A stretch of 64,000 nucleotides of DNA from Candidatus Omnitrophota bacterium (GTDB lineage: Bacteria > Omnitrophota > Gorgyraeia > JACQQV01): positions 1,554-65,553 of the forward strand of contig JACQQV010000002.1 of the NCBI GenBank assembly GCA_016206785.1, read 5' to 3'. Under the pieces are notes generated by a model. That model made no database searches. It saw nothing but the letters and a program-made list of their open reading frames with translations, and had not been told where the DNA came from. Below are positions 60,101-64,000 of the stretch, piece after piece; the first letter of the stretch is position 1; each line of letters opens with the position of its first letter. Made by a program: the position numbers and the translations under genes.

Positions 60101-60927
60101 ACATCGAGACGCAGGATGGTTACCTCAGAGACAGCGCGGGATTTCAGTTCAGAAATGTACAAGCGGATGATGGCATTGATAACGACACCGGCGACAGTAA
60201 TTTTTATCTCGTCCAAATTTTCTCTTCGTGTTTCTCTGAGATGAGAAAGAAGCCAAACGGTTGAGACCATCTCTTCAACTTTCTGAATAAGCCATATAAG
60301 CGGTAAACCAATCAAAAGTGTGCCTATCGCCCACGCCACCCACACCGCAAGAGCCGCCTTCCCCACTGACGGCAACACTGACTCAGGAGTTATGTCCTCT
60401 ACACCGTGCGTAATGATGAGATGGACGATAAAACCGATAACACCCACCGCCGGCAGAATACCTGATAAGTTCACAATAGTCGATCTGGCTGTGGAATCAT
60501 CTTTTATCCACCCGCTTTCAAAATTCCGGTGATGCATTAAAAGAATATCCCGATAACGGTGGAGAGGCAAATGGTGCCGCGAGAGTTGATTCGAGGTTTC
60601 CGTAAGAACTTGGGAACGCTCTTCTGGGGTAAGGCCTTCTAGAAAGGACAGCACATATGTGAGGTCTTCTTTTCTTAAGAGATAGTGGGAAAGGTCGTGT
60701 TCTCCTCCATCCCTTGCAAAGGGGGCCTTCGTTCCAGAAGAAATTGGAGAGAGAGGGGGTGTTTGGACAAGTGCTGTCCGAAGAGCGGCACTTTTTTGCC
60801 GGGCCGCTTTTGGACGAAGCGCTTCCTGGGGGCCAAAGGCATACGAGAGATCCGTGTAAAGTACTGACCACAAAAAGGTTTGGGTCAAAATGAAACAAAC
60901 TGGTCTAAAAAAAGGCTTTTTTACCAT
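54157..60927 (-). CDS. 2256-aa multidomain protein: N-terminal TM anchor + sugar-1-phosphate nucleotidyltransferase + GlmU-like LbH + carbamate-kinase-like (amino-acid-kinase fold) + about 650-aa uncharacterised C-terminus
   Basis: TM helices occur at roughly aa 160-215. The nucleotidyltransferase motif is AAIVLAGGEGTRMKP. Hexapeptide LbH tracts are homologous to the protein encoded at 46956-48209. The carbamate kinase signature is APFVVALGGNAFEG...VVITHGNGPQVG...VVAAGGGGIPV. The ORF is single and uninterrupted. Confidence 0.75.
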   Translation of the reverse strand: MVKKPFFRPVCFILTQTFLWSVLYTDLSYAFGPQEALRPKAARQKSAALRTALVQTPPLSPISSGTKAPFARDGGEHDLSHYLLRKEDLTYVLSFLEGLTPEERSQVLTETSNQLSRHHLPLHRYRDILLMHHRNFESGWIKDDSTARSTIVNLSGILPAVGVIGFIVHLIITHGVEDITPESVLPSVGKAALAVWVAWAIGTLLIGLPLIWLIQKVEEMVSTVWLLSHLRETRRENLDEIKITVAGVVINAIIRLYISELKSRAVSEVTILRLDVGPNNMEKIKLLRRAVEEARRSGPAAQDGSNKTLGETFDEKLSRGDLYLKNPIDLDLVRKRGIAAIVLAGGEGTRMKPHLKHLFPFLGRPMSLWPILALREKGIPTVVVVGYGRIRVVEAFDREIPGLTYIEQTPPRGGTAEGLLQGLQALQGYDGPVLVINGDAAAIDGKFMTWLEKSLHQTTRDAIFVAQEVENPNGLGRILLSKGSEILKIVEQSEIDQGDQKISGRLYRQGDLKAIRLVNAGFYGFKRTEKLRQVLRTLRPFRTQPLIEYGIIGVIEAGLSAEAVTVPPEDVYKLIQPNDPESVWALEKEVLHRRSVARDGGNKNFREIFEGMLKQLKSDPHFQRKVDLAKQLERQGVKVRGGALSILLERIYIGPHVDISEFWDGVMDMGTRITGRSKIGRRSHLSGLINSSVIGENVKIIRGKEIDHSTIGNGSSLLSASISRYDIEDHVRIEDSYLSMRGKSTFGNGIEIAIGPEKERKPDLISDDRLTFKEIARIVMKRNDRLLLETHRRTAKEHANVLRSERGKVSQGATILRTKEIINAKIGEYAAIKNAEELHDVTVLSSRRYPSVINSGAIVSDTIVHEGTYIGERATVRNAIFMAHSGAKDNVVVEDAVIGPHSIMRFGHVVAFLAGPFVGKNHPSILIAGLWPGGMGNVGGHHTGSNHPSRGPTEEAYYPTAAFLGTNTDIIYPFSAETGILVGAGLVVPSQKILLPFSILTTPSISYNPRMNEILPGAGLTMTPYYYERVQYKNEEVNREKGTDIDTRIFTPEVINEMIRAVALLDRDPVSGKRITVEAVYTGEDYPGIGKNIMMEKSRGKAIEIYRFHISYYARKMLNARLEAIFETAPATWDEVKQELLLETDDEEWEYAKKLFERGIATWDKVFVIGLLEQFKEQENIYHVAVLHSKEKDEERRIGIFEVLDEAHIPFDRIPLVIKLKENHEATLRELGRLEERLLTLPVAGKDLPPSSNDGGTKSAPFVVALGGNAFEGETSDDQLPSLERMLEPVVELIKRGETVVITHGNGPQVGEGLLRIEIAAEKKEAPSMRLPYVGAQTQGSMGYMIASTLRRLLQKEGVPKEVVALITNVVVDTNDPAFQNPTKFIGKEYTKAETEQLSNERGWVFKEYKPGRWRRVVPSPLPREIVEEKIIQGLLEKGVIVVAAGGGGIPVSLRGLKGLDAVIDKDRTSALLAKRIGAEQFIILTAVDQVALDFGKPTQRAFSTLTMDEAKRYFAAGQFPAGSMGPKIEAAIDFLGNGGEKVIITDGQHLLEALEGKAGTTIVPTSKDGGTHLGLVEELLQKIARQRFTPIFGGAQARTIYLSEDLAIYDLQENTEVTLNHQTSPWAKAAKKRIKLVLRHLFGEDLSVGYGLESYRIAAALEDTYIDPFVILENVTLRIPKDGEEAVIHLRHAIVRERNDVFMVDILKELVQEGKLEEAMAKIEEVFRLDVWLIKEKRIVNLDLHFLKNTRIRNGRVVLRDLGYLTKDRDLALFFLTRLHQGGWEVAGGHPIEVTAQRLSHFAPPSLVNHYRTRAYEVYSIENFKHLWPDSDAFAHDDGSHFIEYQEVKHALRPMGIPIFEASEPVKGLIGLDEKGSVLWVDAFITQNSIPKALFDKILLPKLQFEKAIIEKGLPVAMEDEWVREVMALQPIGAGIVSLSEEEKEDLKNWIEARLLEGPREDLASLKELLSLNDVEEGTSRDGGGKGKWVTPEISPEIKKLLEEKVVSSIQIDSYTRIKNIVNPHGELQRGFYYASGGDAASFFLATNLTDALFVDFLPFGKEEGINDPLLLEWFLIDRTVWDSGFQRELSLRQLGGLKVPLLWDLVGMGAEIQGIRHIGRKTFEIHFNWAHPDDGKRIPRKITFFEKVDLIQPESYPKHLKKVLREGFDLYFMRGGGPLLQIGGLREGGYLVAPAGVVENNFWKEIDVPFGEGSFSIWEKKRGPAQDGGRRLLDLPRAGEFPLMQKPVEVGSGV

Positions 60928-61045
60928 TTTCCTTCCTTATATATAGAGTCTCCCGTCGTATACAACTATACACCAAAATCAGCCTCACTGTATGTTACTT
61001 TTGTGTCGTTTTACGTATCTCGGGGATGCGTTGGAAACGTCCCTT

Positions 61046-63994
61046 TTAGACTCCCTTTTCGATGGTTTCCATCTCAAGCGCCTGATGTTTCAGGTCATCC
61101 AGTTGTTGACGCTGTGCCGGGGTAAAGAGAAGGCCCATCACCTCTCCCAAAGAGAAGTTCTGTCGTTCATGAGAATTCTGAATGATCCCCAGATCAATAG
61201 CTGTTCTGAGACCTTCTGCATCAAATGTAAGACCTTCGGGAAGCTTGATCTCCTTCGCTTCCACGCCTTCGAAGTAACGGGCGAGCACTTCATACCATTG
61301 AAGGGCTTCATCTACCGTGACACGACTGTCCTGAATCACTTTTCTGATAGAATTCGGAAGAGTGAGTTGATCCGAAATCTTTCCAATGAGATTGCGCGTC
61401 CTCGGATCGAGAAGGCGGATCTTTTGTACAAAGAGCTTTGCATTTATCCCTGTTCTAAGTGAAAGCTGTGACGCAATTGCTGCTTCATATATTTCTTCAT
61501 TCGGATGCGACAAAGGACTTAAAGAAGCGATTCCTTCTTGAACGCCAGGGATCGGATTCGCAGGAAGTTGTGGGCGGCTCCACTCCAAAGGCTTTCCTGT
61601 TCTCAGATGAACTCCTGTTCCTTCTAACATCCCTTTGGGATCCTGAAGAGACCCCAATGGTTCCAAAGAAGAAGGTGGGATTCCTCCCGAGAGACTGGGA
61701 CGATTCGGCGTCGATGGACTCTTTCCCCATCTCCCTTGAATGCCTGCACCATATTCCCATTCGCCACGATCCCTACCCAGTGAGGCGTGGAGGTTGATTT
61801 CACCTATTCGACGCATCGTTCGGATATTCATGCGCTCCTCGGCAACGGCGATATTCCACATATTTCCAAAAAGGGAACCTTGAAGTCTTCCTTCGTAATA
61901 TCCTTCGCCTGCGGCAAGACCCAGGGAAAGGTTATCCCAAGAATAAGAAAGACTTCCCCTCGTGAAGATATTTTCCAAAGCAAAGGAGGTGGAAATCCCA
62001 CGTTCATCCAAAGCGCGCAATACCGCCTCACGGGCCTGAATGACCTTGAGATACTCATCAAATGAAGCTTTAAGGTAAAGCCAACCGTGTTCGATTCCGA
62101 GCCGCAGGCGCTCTGCGAAAACGGCATGCGCCTGAACAAAATCGCTGAAGAGTGTCCATACACCCGGATCAGAAATGAGCGCTGCACTGTACCCCGCCTC
62201 AAGAATATCCTGATAGTGCCAGGCGATTGCATGGGAAAGTTCATAAGGGGGCATCTCGAGGCGGACTCCGTGGCGCCGTAAGGAGGGGAGATAATCGTAA
62301 CCAATGACAGTCTTTTCGAAACGGAGCGGAGAACCGAATTTGACGCGAGAGCTCATCACAAAGTTTGAGTCCGGTAAATAATCCAATCCGAGACCAAAGA
62401 AAAGGTTATCGCGGAGATGGAGAAGCCGCTTTGCATTTTCAAGTTCTGCAGACTGATCCTCTAAGCTCACCAATCTTTTCCGAAGCAAACGTTCCTGTTC
62501 CGCCAAACGGGCGATATCATTCGGGTCTGTTGCTTGTTGCAACTGTCTTTGCACTTCTATCAGCGAACGACTTGTTTCTTTAGACTGGTCGCCGAGCTTT
62601 TCTTCCTCTGTTTTGGGAGAAAGATAAGGAACCCTCATCCGGTCTTCAACAGAGAACGAAAGATTTGAAGAACCCCATGGCCAGTTGTATTGAAAACGGT
62701 AAGCAAGATCCTCTGGTCCTTCCAAATTAAGAAACCTCACATATGCGTCCCCGTAAGAACGGCGTCTTTCCTCCCGATTTTTCTTAAGCCATTCGCGCGT
62801 TACGGTTGCACCCTGAGGGGATTCTGTAAGGGCGATATGTTCTGCTTCGCCAAGTGTTGCATCTTGACTCAGCCACTTACGAAGTGCTGTTAGGGCTTCC
62901 TCTTTTTCTTTTTCCGACCATGGTTGTTGTCCGATAAGTGCTCCCCAATTCGAAACAAGCGCATTGAGCTGGCTTGTCAGCCCTTCCTTTGCCCCACGGA
63001 GTGTCGAGGCTGCGTCGTTCATTTTTTCTGCGGCGCTCGCAATCTCCGATTCGGCGCGACTTAGATCATCTTCAGTCCTCATATAACCCAAAAGACCCTC
63101 GATGATAAAGCGTTGGGACTCCGGCACCCTCGAAAGCTTCGTCTCCAGTTCATGCATGTCGGTAGTACCAGAGGAAGTAGCCTCGGGACTTTCCACCATC
63201 GATGCAAAGAAGGACCCTGAGGAAGTTCCTTGTACGGGAACGGACGGCCGTATGAAAAGGAGCCGTTCTAGTTGGAGGATAGTGTTGGACCCTGCATCGT
63301 TGATCCACTTTAACCGGATGCGATGCGTTCCGCTCAGGTTTCCGAGTGTCGCACCACTCGTGCGAACCGCTCCTGTCGAATCTGCAGGAACGCGGATATG
63401 GTCGATGCGGCCGTCACCGTTGGAATCGAGCGGCTGGCCGTCCAGATACGCCTCCATGTCGAACCGGTAGCCTTCTGGCAAAGAGGCCGGCATACGATTC
63501 CTCGCGTACACCACAACACTCCATGTCGGCGCTTCCTGCCCGAAATCGACGGCATATCCCGCAGAACCATTTTCCTCGGCATAAAGGGCGTTCCCGTCGG
63601 CGAACCAAGTTCCCTCGGTGGCGGTGGTATCGGAAGCGGCTTTCTGGAGGCCACCAACCTGAAGGGTGCCTGATCGGATAACACGTGCCAACCGGTCATT
63701 GTCTTGTGTATTCGGGCCTTCGGCATCGACATCCAGCAGATTAAAACTGACCGTATAAGGCCCCGGCGGAATTTCAGTGACAGTTCCTGCCCGCGCTTCC
63801 TGAACCACTTTTGTGATCGGATAATCCGCAATCTTCACGGTTTCCACACCCGTACCACCCCGCGTGAGAATCGTTCTCATCGGAACGCCCACCACATATG
63901 AAACAATGGAACGCCGGGTGCTGTCCCGTTGATCGAGGCTTGCAAAGTTAAATTCTCCGTAAAGACCGCGGACTTCGGGAAGGGGCGCAAGCAC
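61046..63994 (-). CDS. large hypothetical protein, N-terminus probably beyond window end (at least 982 aa)
   Basis: The frame is open to the window edge upstream of the GTG at 63994. It has a central coiled-coil/acidic region. I recognise no catalytic motif. Confidence 0.5.
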   Translation of the reverse strand: MLAPLPEVRGLYGEFNFASLDQRDSTRRSIVSYVVGVPMRTILTRGGTGVETVKIADYPITKVVQEARAGTVTEIPPGPYTVSFNLLDVDAEGPNTQDNDRLARVIRSGTLQVGGLQKAASDTTATEGTWFADGNALYAEENGSAGYAVDFGQEAPTWSVVVYARNRMPASLPEGYRFDMEAYLDGQPLDSNGDGRIDHIRVPADSTGAVRTSGATLGNLSGTHRIRLKWINDAGSNTILQLERLLFIRPSVPVQGTSSGSFFASMVESPEATSSGTTDMHELETKLSRVPESQRFIIEGLLGYMRTEDDLSRAESEIASAAEKMNDAASTLRGAKEGLTSQLNALVSNWGALIGQQPWSEKEKEEALTALRKWLSQDATLGEAEHIALTESPQGATVTREWLKKNREERRRSYGDAYVRFLNLEGPEDLAYRFQYNWPWGSSNLSFSVEDRMRVPYLSPKTEEEKLGDQSKETSRSLIEVQRQLQQATDPNDIARLAEQERLLRKRLVSLEDQSAELENAKRLLHLRDNLFFGLGLDYLPDSNFVMSSRVKFGSPLRFEKTVIGYDYLPSLRRHGVRLEMPPYELSHAIAWHYQDILEAGYSAALISDPGVWTLFSDFVQAHAVFAERLRLGIEHGWLYLKASFDEYLKVIQAREAVLRALDERGISTSFALENIFTRGSLSYSWDNLSLGLAAGEGYYEGRLQGSLFGNMWNIAVAEERMNIRTMRRIGEINLHASLGRDRGEWEYGAGIQGRWGKSPSTPNRPSLSGGIPPSSLEPLGSLQDPKGMLEGTGVHLRTGKPLEWSRPQLPANPIPGVQEGIASLSPLSHPNEEIYEAAIASQLSLRTGINAKLFVQKIRLLDPRTRNLIGKISDQLTLPNSIRKVIQDSRVTVDEALQWYEVLARYFEGVEAKEIKLPEGLTFDAEGLRTAIDLGIIQNSHERQNFSLGEVMGLLFTPAQRQQLDDLKHQALEMETIEKGV

Positions 63995-64000
63995 AAGATC

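Overview
This is a gene-dense bacterial window of roughly 55 percent GC, coded mostly on the minus strand, with many 4-nt ATGA stop/start overlaps indicating operons. Reading 5' to 3' it contains five blocks.

1. 1-9.4 kb: a sugar-utilisation cluster. It holds a 3'-truncated TolC-family outer-membrane gene with an N-terminal AMIN-like domain behind a near-consensus promoter, a phosphohexomutase, a GH94 glycoside phosphorylase flanked by two ROK-family regulators, and a hypothetical protein.

2. About 9.4-39.5 kb: a large glycan biosynthesis and export locus read right-to-left from a consensus promoter at about 39.5 kb. In order: a Wza-like exporter with TPR, Wzz/PCP, a BY-kinase ATPase, Wzx, a methyltransferase, a membrane sulfatase-family enzyme, GT2, a GT39/ArnT-like GT-C, a Wzy/O-antigen-ligase-like protein, GT2, GT2, GT4, and a secreted clan GH-A hydrolase. 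On the plus strand sits a methyltransferase / DUF2304 / DPM1-like GT2 triad. Further left are a large GT-C-like membrane protein, a second GT39-like enzyme, and a membrane alkaline-phosphatase-family enzyme. The block ends with a prenol-phosphorylation/UbiA module (VTE5-like kinase, SDR epimerase, VTE6/DUF92-like protein, UbiA prenyltransferase), a membrane protein, a priming sugar phosphotransferase and a TPR protein.

3. 39.5-53.4 kb: a DUF294 nucleotidyltransferase and a sugar-phosphate isomerase, then an SSS symporter. An ABC transporter follows whose first gene is a fused binding-protein/permease and whose second permease carries an inserted beta-sandwich-like domain. Next are nagB with a GlmU-like LbH protein, then three exported proteins built from the same roughly 110-aa VKGEKGGE domain, the largest also carrying a TIM-barrel-like region and a CBM9-like C-terminus.

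4. 53.4-54.2 kb: a REP-associated tyrosine transposase (RAYT) flanked by GGGACTAAGTCCC hairpins.

5. 54.2-64 kb: a 2256-aa multidomain gene (membrane anchor, sugar-1-P nucleotidyltransferase, LbH, carbamate-kinase-like domain, about 650 aa unknown) and a partial large ORF of at least 982 aa.

I found no rRNA, tRNA or CRISPR. Three copies of a CGTGAAGCG-type palindromic repeat, a heptad-repeat palindrome, and several terminator or operator-like hairpins are noted. CDS coordinates follow the supplied ORF track; start codons I trimmed inward are stated in each feature's evidence.
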